Part shown: positions 46,100 to 59,805 of the stretch, piece after piece
Layout of the letters: every line of letters begins with the position of its first letter
Position numbering within the stretch: the first letter of the stretch is position 1
Assembly: GCA_030141605.1 (NCBI GenBank)
Contig: JAQGDQ010001132.1
Location: 1 to 60,254 of the forward strand
Length of the DNA stretch: 60,254 nt
Source of the DNA: Tubiluchus corallicola
Taxonomy: Eukaryota > Animalia > Priapulida
Direction of reading: 5' to 3'
Notes under the pieces: model-generated
The model's input: only the letters and a program-made list of their open reading frames with translations
What the model was told of the DNA's origin: nothing
The model's database searches: none
Position numbers and translations under genes: made by a program

Positions 46100-49000
46100 T
46101 CATCTAACAAAATGAACAATAACAGTGAGAATAACAACGTGTCCAAACAAGAACTTTCTCGGGAAATTGCAACCATTTTGCCCTGAAACAAAATAACGAA
46201 CATTAGTGCTTGTGACTAAAGTCATAGATGTAGGAGCTGCTGCCCTTATGCTGGTTTTTCATCATTGATGTTAGGCATTCAATTTTCAACTATTTAATTC
46301 CTGTTAACTCCCAAATGCATAGAGCTAGAATCAATAAACTTAAAATGTAGGCCCCAGGAAAAGTACACCATTAATAATCAATATACATCAAAGCTAATTA
46401 ATTCTCTGCATTATTACGGTTATGATTTATCAAAAAATTCTTAGAAATACTTTACATAATTCGTTCAGTCTTTGTTTAAAAAAAATTGAAAAATTATAAT
46501 CTGAAAGGAATGCTGTCAACCAAGCCAAGAAGTGGATGCAGGTGTTTTCGGTTATCTCTAGAAAGTAGACATCTGGACATAACTAGGTCATAACTGTATC
46601 CAGGAAGTAGGGAAATGAGCACATCTGGTCATAACTGTATCCAGGATGTAGGGAAATGAGCACATCTGGTCATAACTGTATCCAGGATGTAGGGAAATGA
46701 GCACATCTGGTCATAACTAGGTCATAACTGTATCCAGGATGTAGGGAAATGAGCACATCTGGTCATAACTGAATCCAGGATGTAGGGAAATGAGCACATC
46801 TGGTCATAACTGTATCCAGGATGTAGGGAAATGAGCACATCTGGTCATAACTGAATCCAGGATGTAGGGAAATGAGCACATCTGGTCATAACTGTATCCA
46901 GGATGTAGGGAAATGAGCACATCTGGACATAACTAGGTCATAACTGTATCCAGGATGTAGGGAAATGAGCACATCTGGTCATAACTGAATCCAGGAAGTA
47001 GGGAAATGAGCACATCAGGTCATAACTGTATCCAGGAAGTAGGGAAATGAGCACATCAGGTCATAACTGTATGCAGGAAATAGGGAAATCGGTACATCTG
47101 GTCATAAGTGTATCCAGGATAGAAAACCACCAAACACCAAGTAGGGAAATGAGCACATCTGGTCATAACTGAATCCAGGAAGTAGGGAAATGAGCACATC
47201 AGGTCATAACTGTATCCAGGAAGTAGGGAAATGAGCACATCTGGTCATAACTGTATCCAGGAAGTAGGGAAATGAGCACATCAGGTCATAACTGTATCCA
47301 GGAAATAGGGAAATCGGTACATCTGGTCATAAGTGTATCCAGGAAATAGGGAAATGAGCACATCTGGTCATAACTGAATCCAGGAAGTAGGGAAATGAGC
47401 ACATCAGGTCATAACTGTATCCAGGAAGTAGGGAAATGAGCACATCTGGTCATAACTGTATCCAGGAATAGGGAAATGAGCACATCAGGTCATACTGATC
47501 CAGGAAATAGGGAAATCGACATCGGTCATAATGTATCCAGGAAATAGGGAAATGAGCACATCTGGTCATAACTGAATCCAGGAAGTAGGGAAATGAGCAC
47601 ATCAGGTCATAACTGTATCCAGGAAGTAGGGAAATGAGCACATCTGGTCATAACTGTATCCAGGAAGTAGGGAAATGAGCACATCTGGTCATAACTGTAT
47701 CCAGGAAGTAGGGAAATGAGCACATCTGGTCATAACTGTATCCAGGAAGTAGGGAAATGAGCACATCTGGTCATAAGTGTATCCAGGAAGGAGGGAAATG
47801 AGCACAGTGAGTCATTACTGCTTCCAGGAAGTAGGGAAATGAGTACAGTGAGTCATTACTGCTTCCAGGAACTAGGGAAATGAGTACATCTTGTCATAAC
47901 TGTATCCAGGAAGTAGGAAATGAGCACAGTGATTCATTGCCCTGTAACAGTTTCTAAGAACTGTGTGCAGCTGGTCATTGCTCTTTCTAGGAAGCCATTG
48001 GCCTGATGCAGCTGTTAACATTGGTTCTAGGAAAAATGGCAGCTGATGTCATTGACCATTAATTACAACAAGTGTGCTTTATATTACAACATTGTATAAG
48101 CAGGGACTTAATGTTAAACAATTTGTTGAGCTTATTGATCGCATGATGTGCATAATTAATTAATTAATATAAAATAATTCAATCTCACTCCATCACTCTT
48201 CATTAAACTTAAATTAAGCTACAAAAATGAACAATTTTAAATGTAGGTGACAGCACATGTTTAATTATTTGTAGTAGTACTTTCAATTATCAATCGCAAA
48301 TGAAAATGTACGACACTTCGGTAACAGAAACAAAACCATTACATAACTAATGACCATTTTTGTTTTTTTGCAAGGTAATTCTCTTAGGTCCTTAATCAAT
48401 GCACTTACCATTATCCTCATCTCCAGATCCCCCACCACCATTTTCTTTATCACCGCTTTCTTCTTTGTCACCTTCTTTTACAATTTTTATAGTTAAGCTG
48501 CCTTTTCTCTCTCCAACCACATTCCTAGCTGTACAACTGTATGTCCCTCCATCAACTAATTCCGCATTTTTCTTGGTAACTTTTTTACCGGTGTTTCCAC
48601 TTGACAAATTAGGACCACTCCACTGATAAGAAGGTTCTGGGTACCCACTTGCATCACAAATCAGCTCAAAGTCACTGCCAACTGTAATCTTAGTATCATC
48701 TCCGTTAGGCAATTTCACGGTAACTGATGTGATATCTGTGTCAAAAGCGAATCTCCTAATATAGCAGGATGCAAGACAGGACAGGAGAGATACAGGGAGA
48801 GAGGGTAAAGAGAAAGAGAGTCAAAGAAAAAAAGAAAAGCCTTCGCATCAAAACTAAAAAATTGTGGATTTGCAACATCGTTAACAATAATTTTGATTTC
48901 AATGTTACATTTATTTATTGTTCAATTTTATTTCACTTTTTCATTCTAAAAGACCCAGACCCGTCATGGTCATTTGCAAGATGCTACATACACTTCTTCA

Positions 49001-52000
49001 ATACACAGTGTTTAAAATGTGTTCCTAATGTGGTTGTTGTAACATGGAAACTCGGTCTGAAAATTAATCTAGCAGTAAGATAGATTAATAAAAATTTAAC
49101 TTACATTGTACATTTAGTGTCTTGTTAATAAATTGTTTTGACAAAATATCATGTATAAAAACTTGACAGGTCAGCTGCTTTCCACTATCTTCAGGTTTAA
49201 ATGAATAATCATCCATTGTGCTCACAACATTAGTAAAATTGGTGTTTAGATCCAGCATAGTTTCTGAACGAGAGTTGGCAGGAGCTGAACCTGCATGTAA
49301 TAGAAATTATAACCTGATGATAACAAGAAAATATGTGACGTATGAATGGGTTTTTGATTTAATGCACCTAACATACACAATATTTCCTTTATGTCAACGA
49401 TAATCTATTTAAAAATATTTTAATATAGTTTAAGAGATAACGTCAGAGATAACGTTTCTACACAACTGTTACTATATTATACACACTAAGTCAGATATGA
49501 AAGAATTAATTAAGCAGCAATTAAGTGAATAAATAATGAAAACTAAATCAAATACCCCTAACTAAAATATGAAATGGGATAAATAAAGAAAAAAATACAA
49601 AAGGAAAAGAAAAAAGCATCCAGAGAAAAGCAAAATAGCTGAATAATCACAGTGTAATCTTGTTTCAGGTCTAGTCTAATGAGCGATGGCTGAAGAGCTT
49701 CTTGAGTCGACACAAAGACAATGAGAAAGGAAGTAGAACTAGTAGTGAAAATACTAGGCTGGTACTACATAATATTATGTAATATAATATGATGCGATGT
49801 GATGTGATGTGATGTGATGCGATGTGGTGATGCAATGCGATGTAAAGTGATGTGAAGTGATGCAATGTGAAGTGTTGTGATACAATGTGATGTGAAGTGA
49901 TTCAATGTGATCTGATGTAATACGATGTGAAGTGATGTGATGTGATGTCATGCAATGTGATGTGATGTGATGTAAAAAAGCAACTATATAGTAAGTGCAC
50001 AGTCTGCGAAAGTTGCTTCAAGTTTTGATGTTGGGGCCAATTATAAACCACTTCAGTTTTAGTAAGATCAGTCTTGACACTTTCAGAAGAAACTATGTAA
50101 TGAAGGTAAGTAACTTCGTAGGAGAAAACATTTTTTAGCATTTAATTTAAGCTCAGTTTTTTCTAGGTGTGTGAAGACTTCCTGGAGGCAGGAGAGGTAC
50201 TCTCAAAAGTACTGCTATATACTATAATGTTGTCTAAATAGATAAGGACTGAACACCAATGAAGACACCATTTAATTTTGTAATACACTATATTTTGTAA
50301 TTTTTGTAATTTTTACACATTGTTTTTTTACTATGTGGATTCATTAAGACCATTTTATGGTGGAAACGTTACAGATGAGCGAATGTTAGTGTTAAAACAA
50401 CGTCTTTGCTTAGGATTATGTGCTGGCTGTTATTTTCAGAAATCGAAATAAATTGCATGTGACTCACTTGTTATTTGAGTAAATGTGAAAAACCTTTTAG
50501 AAAATATATTGATATTTATTATAAGCTAACGCTAAAGAATTTCACATATTTTTTGTTAATCAGGGTAAGCAGAGAAATAGAGTGAAACGACTAAGAAATA
50601 CGCAAACTGCATAAAACTCATATAAGAACTCCTAGCAAAGTCGTGAAAGACCAGAAAAGAGTTTAATTTTCCAGTGTTACTTAATAATGTAACGAGTGAA
50701 GTAAATTCCATCTTAAGAAAACATCAGAGAAATCAGACTAATTCTGTTTTTCACAGCTGTTTCAGTTGCCCATGTGAATTCTGTCCATTTTCCATGATCA
50801 CAAAAGATCAGAGGCCCTGAATAAAATACTTAGCAAAAGTATTAAAAGTAACTAAGAATGTCTTACATACTTACCAACAACAGTAACTTCTACTTCACGT
50901 GAGTTTTCCAACTGGCCTTGAAATGGCCTATACTGGCAGTGATAGGAACCATCCCGTTGATTTACGTTTACATTCACAACGTTTATACTCCAGTCTCCAC
51001 TGATAGGACCGTTTGGGTCAACAAACGTGAAGTTTTCACCATCTATGCGTTGATCTTTATCATTAACAAACCAGAAGACAGTAGAACCAAGTTGGACATA
51101 ATTGCTCTCTATCACACATGCTAGCAAAACATCACCTCCAGGAAGAGCAACAGCATCCTCGGGTTCTTGTTCAAAAGGTGTTGTTTGCGTTTCATCCTGC
51201 ATGCCTGCAAATCAAGCGTTTAACCAAATAGACACATGTTTGAAAATTTTAACTTATATGTATTAAAACTCATGTTGATATCAAATCTCAAGCTGACAAA
51301 CGAAATTAAGTTAGAGACAGTCACACCTAAGATAAGGTAAGTGACTAAGGCAAGGTTCACCTAATGCCTGTATTTAATCTACTAGGAACATTTCTGTGGA
51401 AACATGAATTATATAACAGGACTTTTCGTTATAGAAAGGAAATAAACTAGCTAACAATGTTTCTGAAGTGGTCAGAAACTGAACATTTTGCAAACGACAG
51501 TTGTAAAATTCAGCTTTAAAAATGAAGAGATGACAGCTGTTTTTAAAAATGCTCTTTTTTATTGAATTGCTTGAATACATGGAAAGCGCATTTCACAATG
51601 AAGCCTCAGCATTTAACTGTTCAGCCCATCACCCACGGGTCAAAGGTCAAAAATCTTGCCATAACTTATATCATTCAGTTTGTCTCATTGAGGCCCTTCA
51701 TTTATTATACAACAAGCTGCTTTTGGTAGACCCTGGAAGCATTTGTCTCCTCGACCCCTATTTTGCCCCTAACTGGGTCACAGGTTAACGATTCACACTG
51801 TAACCAATGCCATTCGATTCGCCTCATCGAGACGTTTTATTTGATGTGCTACATGGTAATATTCCAAGACACTTGATGCATTTATGTTCACGATCCCCAT
51901 TTTTCGGTTTTTGCCCCGTAGTGGAAAATTTTCCACCCTTCCAAATCACCCATATTTTGCCATACCCAACAACTTGGCTCCACTTAACCACATGCCAAAT

Positions 52001-52326
52001 ATTGTCGCCCTAGCTCAAAAACGATGGATCCTAAAGAAAAATAAACGAAGATTCGACCACTCCATGACCTTTGACCCAGCGACTCAGGTCACTTGTATAC
52101 GCATATAACTTTTGCCAGAGAGTGTAACCTGTGAGTTTTGTGTCCCTAGCACTCAGCATGTAAAAGGTCACAAGTTGCGGGACCCCAAATTTTGCATTTT
52201 GGCCCCTCACCCGGGCATTTATAAAGCTTGTCAGCTTAAGAAATTATTAATTATTTTTTTAATGTTTTACTTACAAGTAACGAACACGAAAAGACTCAAA
52301 TACAGCAGTGTATCATATGACCTCAT
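46100..52326 (-). CDS. Immunoglobulin-superfamily cell-surface protein, copy A (signal peptide, V/I-like Ig1, half of Ig2, Ig3, GPI-signal-like end), ~325 aa
   Basis: Exons (minus) 52326-52275, 51204-50875, 49290-49105, 48735-48409, 46182-46100; all introns phase 1, GT-AG; 978 nt. C..W..DGSYHC and ELICDASGYPEPSYQW...DGGTYSC; ends NGCNFPRKFLFGHVVILTVIVHFVR* with no cytoplasmic tail. Confidence 0.85.
46570..47935. repeat. 41-bp minisatellite (~33 copies) in last intron of Ig gene A
   Basis: Unit GCACATCTGGTCATAACTGTATCCAGGAAGTAGGGAAATGA; only ~2.5 units at the paralogous site 54725-54830. Confidence 0.95.
49788..50270 (-). mobile_element. Decayed Gypsy pol remnant plus (TGTGA)n-type pentamer repeat, unit A
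   Basis: EVTYLHYIVSSESVKTDLTKTEVVYNWPQHQNLKQL resembles the RT thumb/connection region. Confidence 0.6.
51612..52240. mobile_element. Probable non-autonomous DNA transposon in intron 1 of Ig gene A
   Basis: GC-richer block with repeated AAAGGTCA/TGACCTTTGACC motifs, bounded by TTAA, absent from copy B; TIRs not clear. Confidence 0.4.
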
Positions 52327-52435
52327 TTTGTAGATCCAACCAGGCTATCTAATATCTCTTTAAGACGATTATCCGAATTTACAAACACGGCGATTTGTCA
52401 TCTGCAATTTTTCACTTTTTTGCTCCAGGCAATAT

Positions 52436-52504
52436 GGGAAATCACCAGGAGAAACTGGGCCATCATTTCTGTTGTTTCAGTTTCATCTCAATTCTGACGA
52501 CTCA
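52436..52504 (-). promoter_or_regulatory. Candidate immune-responsive promoter module of Ig gene A (kB-like, IRF/ISRE-like, AP-1/ATF-like)
   Basis: GGGAAATCACC 52436-52446, GTTTCAGTTTCA 52474-52485 (GAAACTGAAAC on minus), TGACGACTCA 52495-52504; 110-180 bp upstream of the ATG; conserved in the other units. Confidence 0.55.
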
Positions 52505-53459
52505 CACAATATCAATATTCTGAACCGAGAGTTAAACAATATGCCTATCTTTAGGGATGTATACATTTAAAAAATATATAACGTATAATTATAACCCAGT
52601 TTCCATATTTTAGAATGTTTTAATGTATGTCAGTTTCAACAGAACTTAATTCTACAATAACAATATTCTAAACCAAGAGTTACATGTATACTTATCTCTA
52701 AGGTGACTTATACTAACAAAATATATTGTTACATTATAACCTACTCACCACATTCCAAAATCTTTGATGATAGTTCCAATAAAGCACCGCGTTTGTAAGG
52801 TTTCAATACCATCATATCTAAGTTCTACACACTCTATAGAAAGACGTATTTCCACGTTTGTTCAACTTTTTAAATTACAATTCCATTATTTTTGACGCGT
52901 GAGTTTACTTTTTTGTTCATTTCGTTGGAATATTGAACGTATTAATATGGCAAATTGAATGTGCATAGACAAACATTTCTGGTTCTTTTCCAGATACATG
53001 TCAGAAATGTGCACAATTGTTACCAGTAAGTCAGACACAAATAAATAAACAGCTAGATAAATAATGAGAACTAAAACAAACAGATAAACAAGTGTGCGCA
53101 GGTTAAACAAGATAAATAAAGAAAAAAACGAAAAACAGGAAGAAATTATTTTATTAATAGAGCATCCAGAGGCAGAACCAGTTTAATACTGAATAGCTGC
53201 TGAGCATTCTTAGTGATGGAAGTCAAACAGCGTCAAGCTTTACATGGAATTAAACTGCATGTGAAGTTTTCCAGAAAATATTTTGTCTAATTAAAATTGT
53301 CATGATTGTAGAAAGTGTAGATTGTTTATTTGAATTATTATTATTTCAAATTGAAACAATAAAGATGGCAACAGTAACTAGACCGAAACAAGGAAGACTA
53401 TCAATGGGACTACCATATCAGATGTTTAAAGTCATACTAAGTAAAATTTTACTCTCGTT

Positions 53460-53750
53460 CATTGTACATAATTGCCAAAACCTGGAAACAGCAACTTCAG
53501 ACAGGGAAACTTGGCAGAAGCCACTGTTTGATGGGGAGAAGCATAACGAAGATAGGCTTCAGCTACTATGGGAAGAGAAGCGTCAAAGAAGGAAGAATTG
53601 TACTCAAGATGCTTCAGCATTTCAGTGCACTAACCTTGGAAGATCTTGCTCTGTTCGTATAGGTCTCTACAATCATCGATTGAAATGTGTCAACAACTCA
53701 CAGTAAATTTGCAAAAAGTAATTAACAGTTAAACGACTGAAGAGGTCATT
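53460..53750 (+). mobile_element. RTE-clade LINE 3' end, copy in unit B
   Basis: End of ORF 53302..53706: ETATSDRETW...EEKRQRRK...FQCTNLGRSCSVRIGLYNHRLKC. Confidence 0.78.
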
Positions 53751-54144
53751 GCATAGTCACCCAATTCTCATAATCATGATTCAAAAACATAAAATCACAT
53801 TAAATTGTTCCATCAAAATACACATGTAATAAAACTAAAATTCGTTAAATTTAATCTACTTTGCAATGTGCACATAAGTTCAGAAACTAAATTTACTGTA
53901 AACAAAAATTTAGAGAGTACAACAGCTACAAACAAGTTAATAAATTTTGTTTGGCTGGACATTGATGGAAGAAACTACAACAATCTCTTATTATAATTTA
54001 ACCTCAGAGTTAAACTGACTAAGGTAAGATAGGCCTATTTTGTACAGACACAGGGCAACTATTTCCACACAATGATAAAAATATTTACACAATACACAAC
54101 AGTTTTAAAATCACATACATTTTAGTTTAAGCATAAATTCTGAC

Positions 54145-57100
54145 TCATCTAACAAAATGAACAATAACAGTGAGAATAACAACGTGTCCAAACAAGTTCT
54201 CTCTCGGAAAATTGCAACCATTTTGCCCTGAAACAAAATAAAGAACGTTAGTGCTTGTAACTAAAGTCATAGATGTAGGAGCTGCAGCCCTTATGCTGGT
54301 TTTTCATCATGATGTTAGGCATTCAATTTTCAACTATTTAATTCTTCCTAACTCCCAAATGCATAGGGCTAGAATCAATAAACTTAAAATGTAGGTCCCG
54401 GGACAAGTAAACCATTAATAATCAATATACATTGAGGCAAATTAATTCTCTGCATTATCAACATAGTATTACGGTCATGATTTATCAAAAAATTCTTAGG
54501 AATACTTTACGTAACACCATTCATTCTCCGTTTGTTGAAATTTTTTTTAAAAAATTGTAATAATCTGAAAGGAATACTGTCAACCAAGTTCTGGTCAGTG
54601 GTCAGCTTGAATCTTATTGGTCAGAGCATTTCAAGAACTGAGGAAAGCTCACAGTGAGTCATTGCCCTGACACAACTGTTTCCAAGAACTGGATGCAGGT
54701 GTTAATGGCTATTTCTAGGAAGTAAGCACAACTGGTCATTGCTGTATCCAGGAAATAGGGAAATGAGCACATCTGGTCATTGCTGTTTCCAGGACATAGG
54801 GAAATGAGCACAGTGAGTCATTGCCCGGTAACAGTTTCTAAGAACTGTGTGCAGCTAGGTGCCAGCACATGTTTAATTATTGGTAGTAGTACTTTCAGTT
54901 ATCAATCGCAAATAAAGATGCATGACACTCCGGTAACAGAAACAAAACTATTTCATAACTAACAACCACTTCTGTGTTTTTGCAAGATTAATTCTCTTAG
55001 GCCCTTAATCAATGCACTTACCATTATCCCCATCTCCGGATCCCCCACCGCCATTTTCTTTATCACCGCTTTCTTCTTTGTCACCTTCTTTTACAATTTT
55101 TATAGTTAAGCTGCCTTTTCTCTCTCCAGCCACATTCCTAGCTGTACAAGTGTATGTCCCTCCATCAACTAATTCCACATTTTTCTTCGTAACTTTTTTA
55201 CCGGTGTTTCCACTTGACAAATTAGGACCACTCCACTGATAAGAAGGTTCTGGGTTCCCACTTGCATCACAAATCAGCTCAAAGTCACTGCCAACTGTAA
55301 TCTTAGTATCATCTCCGTTGGGCAATTTCACGGTAACTGATTTGATATCTGTGTCAAAAACGAATCTCATAATATAGCAGGATGCAAGACAGGACAGGAG
55401 GAGAGATACAGGGAGAGAGGATAAAGAGAAAGAGAGTCAAAGAAAAAAGAAACATCAAAACAAAAACATTGTGAATTTGTAACATCATTAACAATAATTT
55501 TGATTTTAACATTACTTTTATTTATTGTTAAATTTTACTCCACTTTTTCACTCTAAAACACACAGCCCCGCAAGGTCATTTGCAGCATGCTACATACACT
55601 TCTTCAATACACAGTGTCTAAAACGTGTTCGTAATGTGGTTGTTGTAACATGGACACTCGGTCTGAAAATTTTACTTTACTAAGCAGTAAGATAGATTAA
55701 TAAAAATTAAACTTACATTGAACATTTAGTGTCTTGTTAATAAACTGTTTTGACAAAATATCATGTATAAAAAGTTGACAGGTCAGCTGCTTTCCATTGT
55801 CTTCAGGTTTAAATGAATAATCACCCATTGTGCTCACAGCATTAGTAAAATTGGTGTTTAGATCCAGCATAGTTTCTGAACGAGAGTTAACAGGAGCTGA
55901 ACCTGCATGTAATATAAATTATAACCTGATGATAACAAGAAAATAGTGGCGTATAAATAGGTTTGCGATTTAACGCACCTAACATACACAATATTTATTT
56001 TATATCAACGATAATCTATTTTAATATAGTTTAAGTAAGGGCTACTGTAGTAGTGGTGGTGCTGGTGACAAGGATATGATAAAAGCTGGCATGGCGTGTG
56101 TGTTGATGTAGGCAGTAACTTAGTTAGCTGGTGATGATGGTCATGATGATGATATGATATGATTAATTTATATCAAAACAGAATAAGTTACATAGATCAT
56201 TAAAGTATATAATAATTAGAAAGATATTACCAATAAACCAACTTATGGTTGGCAGAACTTTGCAGTTGCTTATGGCTTCACATTTGAGCTGATTAGAGAT
56301 GTCTTCTACTTCAACTGTAATCGAGGGTTTCACATGTGGCACATCATTCAGCAGCATACTGATAGTTGCTGGAACTATTATAATTATGACTTTAAATTAG
56401 TTCATAAACACATTTTCAAATATTTCCTAGATACACGTCAGAGATAACGTTTCTACACAACAGTTACTATATTATACACACAAAGTCAGATATGAATGAA
56501 TTAATTAAGCAACAATTAAGTAAATAAATAATGAAAGCTAAATCAAATACCCCTAACTAAATATGAATTAGGATAAATAAAGAAAAAAATACAAAAGGAA
56601 AAGAAAAAAGCATCCAGAGAAAAGCAAAATAGCTGAATAATCACAGTGTAATCTTGTTTCAGGTCTAGTCTCATGAGCAATGGCTAAAGAGTTTCTTGAG
56701 TAGACACAAAGACAATGAGAAAGGAAGCAGAATTAGTAGTGGAAATCCTAGGCTGGTACTACATAATATTATGTAATATAATATGATGCGATGTGATGTG
56801 ATGCAATATGATGTGATGTGATGTGATGCGATGTGAAGTGATGCAAAGTGATGTGAAGTGATGCAATGTGAAGTGATGTGAAGTGATGCAATGTGAAGTG
56901 ATGTGAAGTGATGCAATGTGAAGTGATGTGAAGTGATGTGATGTAAAAAAGCACCTATAGTAAGTACACAGTCCGCGAAATTGCTTCAAGTCTCAATGTT
57001 GGGGCCAATTATAAACCGCTTCAGTTTAGTAAGATCAGTCTTGACACTATCAGAAGAAGCTATGTAATGAAGGTAAGTAACTTCTTTCTGTGTGAGAAGA

Positions 57101-59160
57101 TATTTTTTAACATTTAATTTCAGCCCAGTTTTTCTACGTGTGCGAATACTTCCTGGAAGCGGGAGAGGTACTCTCAAAAGTTCAGCCATAGACTATGATG
57201 TTGTCTAAATAGATAAGAACTGATTGCCAATGAAGAGCACTCAGGACCTGCTCCATAATAATGGCAGCTTTCCATTGACTCAATACTACTGTGGAGTTGT
57301 TTGCCTCTGTCACTGTCTCTTACTCTATATGGGTAAAAACTGGTCATTTCTACTCTTGGCCTTGGACTAATATTTATTATCAAATCATATAATGTGTGAT
57401 AGATGGTAAATAAAAAATAATATGCATCAGGGCACCTATTGTGTCACTACTCTCTATGATATTTCACACTTTATCTCAACTTCTACAACTTGTACACATA
57501 AGTGACGTATATACAGTGTAACAGCATTGTCTTGTCAGTATTTACTACTAGTAGGCATGCTGTCGCTAACGCAGTGAATTACGTTTGTCTAAACTAGTAA
57601 TAAATTTCACTTTCCAGGTTAATGAACCTCTAAACGACGTTACTCACATCTTAAACTTTACAACGAAAATTGATAAAGACAAAAACTAACAAATGAAGCA
57701 TCTACTTTAAAAGTTAATACTTTTTGGAAAATAGTACTAATGAACAATACAAACGAGAATGCAAAAGCTGATTCTATATCATCATCAACTGTAGATGCAT
57801 CACAGCAGGTGTTGTGTTACAAAACTGTGACAATTCATACTTTAATACGCGGAAATCAAATCTTAACATATCATATGTAAATGTAAATGTAATTACAATA
57901 CATCATATTGTGCGCAGGCATTTCATGTCAAGTAGCATAATTACTGACATAAGAAACTGAGAATTCACTAAAAATGATGACTTACCAACAACAGTTACTT
58001 CTCCTTTGCGTGAATTTTCAATTACCTCACGAAAATCTTGTACTTGGCAGTAATAGACACCATCACGTTGATTTACATCTATATTTATGATCTTTATACC
58101 CCAATTTCCAGTGGTGGGAGGTCTTCTGTCAATATAAGCATAGTTTTCATCACTGCCGACATTAACAAACTGGTCATTATTAACATACCAGTCAACTTTA
58201 TAAGATGGAAAAATTCCACTTTTCACTTTACACTGTACCACAACGTTTTCTCCAGGAAGAGTAGCAACATCCTCAGGTTCTTGTTCAAAATATGGTGATT
58301 CACACCGTCCATCTGCAAAAAGTACAAACTTTACATAAGAAATTCAGATTTTGCTGCAAGGCTAATATGTGTAATGAATCAACTGAATTTAAAAATAGAA
58401 TATTATAACCAAGTGAGCATATACAGATATATAATTATGTATACATAATATATATATGTAAATGTTAGCAGGTATGTCATATAAATTGTACATATAAGTA
58501 ACATGTATACAGTGTGACTACACTACTTTGTCGGTTCACATTCTCTGCTACAGTAGCAAGAATATGACCACTATTTGCAGTAAATTATGTATGTCTAAAA
58601 TAGTAATTGAACTTAATAATTGCATAATATTAGTAGCAATTAATTTCATTTTCATAGCTAATCAAACACAATTAAACTTTAAAACTTTTACAAAGTTTAG
58701 GTAAAAATATAAAGTAAGCTTTACACACATAGAATATATGTTGTTTGTCTCCTTTTGTTGTTTGTGTGTAGTGTTGACGTCATTTGAGTTTAATTGCTTC
58801 TACTGAAATTGTTTGTGGTGTGCCAACACAAAATAAGCTTTACGAAATAGGTATTTGGCGTTTAAATTAACCTCTCAAGTAACGTGTAACTACACGTAAT
58901 ACTACAAGGAGGAGGCAAAATATGTGGAACTATGTAGTATTATGGTAATTGCAACAAATCAGATGTTTAGAGTTTAAATTATCAATTAGAATTGTGCATT
59001 GAAATACAATGTTTCTGAGAAACTGGAAAATAATGTAACTAGTTCTTTGCATTACCGTAGACTAAAAATATCTCTGACTTTAAGAAATAATTTTTTGTTT
59101 TTACTTACAGTTAATTAACAGGAAAACAATCAAATGCAGCAGTGTATAGTATGACCTCAT
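54145..59160 (-). CDS. Immunoglobulin-superfamily cell-surface protein, copy B (signal peptide, three Ig domains, GPI-signal-like end), ~372 aa
   Basis: Exons (minus) 59160-59109, 58312-57986, 56374-56231, 55902-55717, 55348-55022, 54227-54145; all introns phase 1; 1119 nt. Ig1 VQC..W..DGVYYC; Ig2 LKCEA..PTISW / DNGKQLTC; Ig3 LICDA.GNPEP..W..DGGTYTC; hydrophobic C-terminus. Confidence 0.88.
56783..57400 (-). mobile_element. Decayed Gypsy pol remnant plus pentamer repeat, unit B
   Basis: GLKLNVKKY..QKEVTYLHYI.S...VKTD and KQFRGLCTYYRCF. Confidence 0.65.
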
Positions 59161-59309
59161 TTCGTAGATTCAAGCAGGTTTTCTAATGTCTCTTTGAGTT
59201 TTGGTTGCTAAAATAACAAAAAACCTTGTGATTATAATATTATAATAAAATTCTAAGACCGCCATCACGCCCATACAATACTTCACTGCAAACTCGAAGA
59301 ATAGCCATC

Positions 59310-59515
59310 AAATAGCAGCGAGGCCTCCTAGATTTTAGTAACACTAACAGTAACAATTTGCATAGTTGAGAGGTCTACATGAAATAGCAGCGAGGTCTTC
59401 TAGATTTTAGTAACACTAACAGTAACAATTGACACAGTTGGGAGGTCTACATGAAATAGCAGCGAAGTCTTCTAGGTTTTAGTAACAGTGACAGTTGGCA
59501 TGGTTGAGAGGTCTG
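59310..59515. repeat. ~72-bp tandem repeat (3 copies)
   Basis: AAATAGCAGCGA at ~59310, 59383, 59454. Confidence 0.88.
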
Positions 59516-59736
59516 GGAGTAACACGCGACGTTATTACAGGAATGATCTAAAAGCATATTAATCAAGATGTGAACATTATACTAACGTTTTGTTATAATA
59601 ATTATCACGACATTCTAATCTGTGTTCTTGTATTTACAGTTTTAAAACTTTTGTCAATCAAGACGTATTATCCGAATTTACAAGCACGGCGATTTGTCAT
59701 CTGCTATTTTTTTCGGTTTTTTGCTCCAGGCAATCT

Positions 59737-59805
59737 GGGAAATCACCAGGAGAAACTGGGTCATCATTTCTGTTATTTCAGTTTCATTTTAATTCTGACG
59801 ACTCA
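59737..59805 (-). promoter_or_regulatory. Candidate immune-responsive promoter module of Ig gene B
   Basis: GGGAAATCACC 59737-59747, TTTCAGTTTCA 59776-59786, TGACGACTCA ~59796-59805. Confidence 0.5.
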
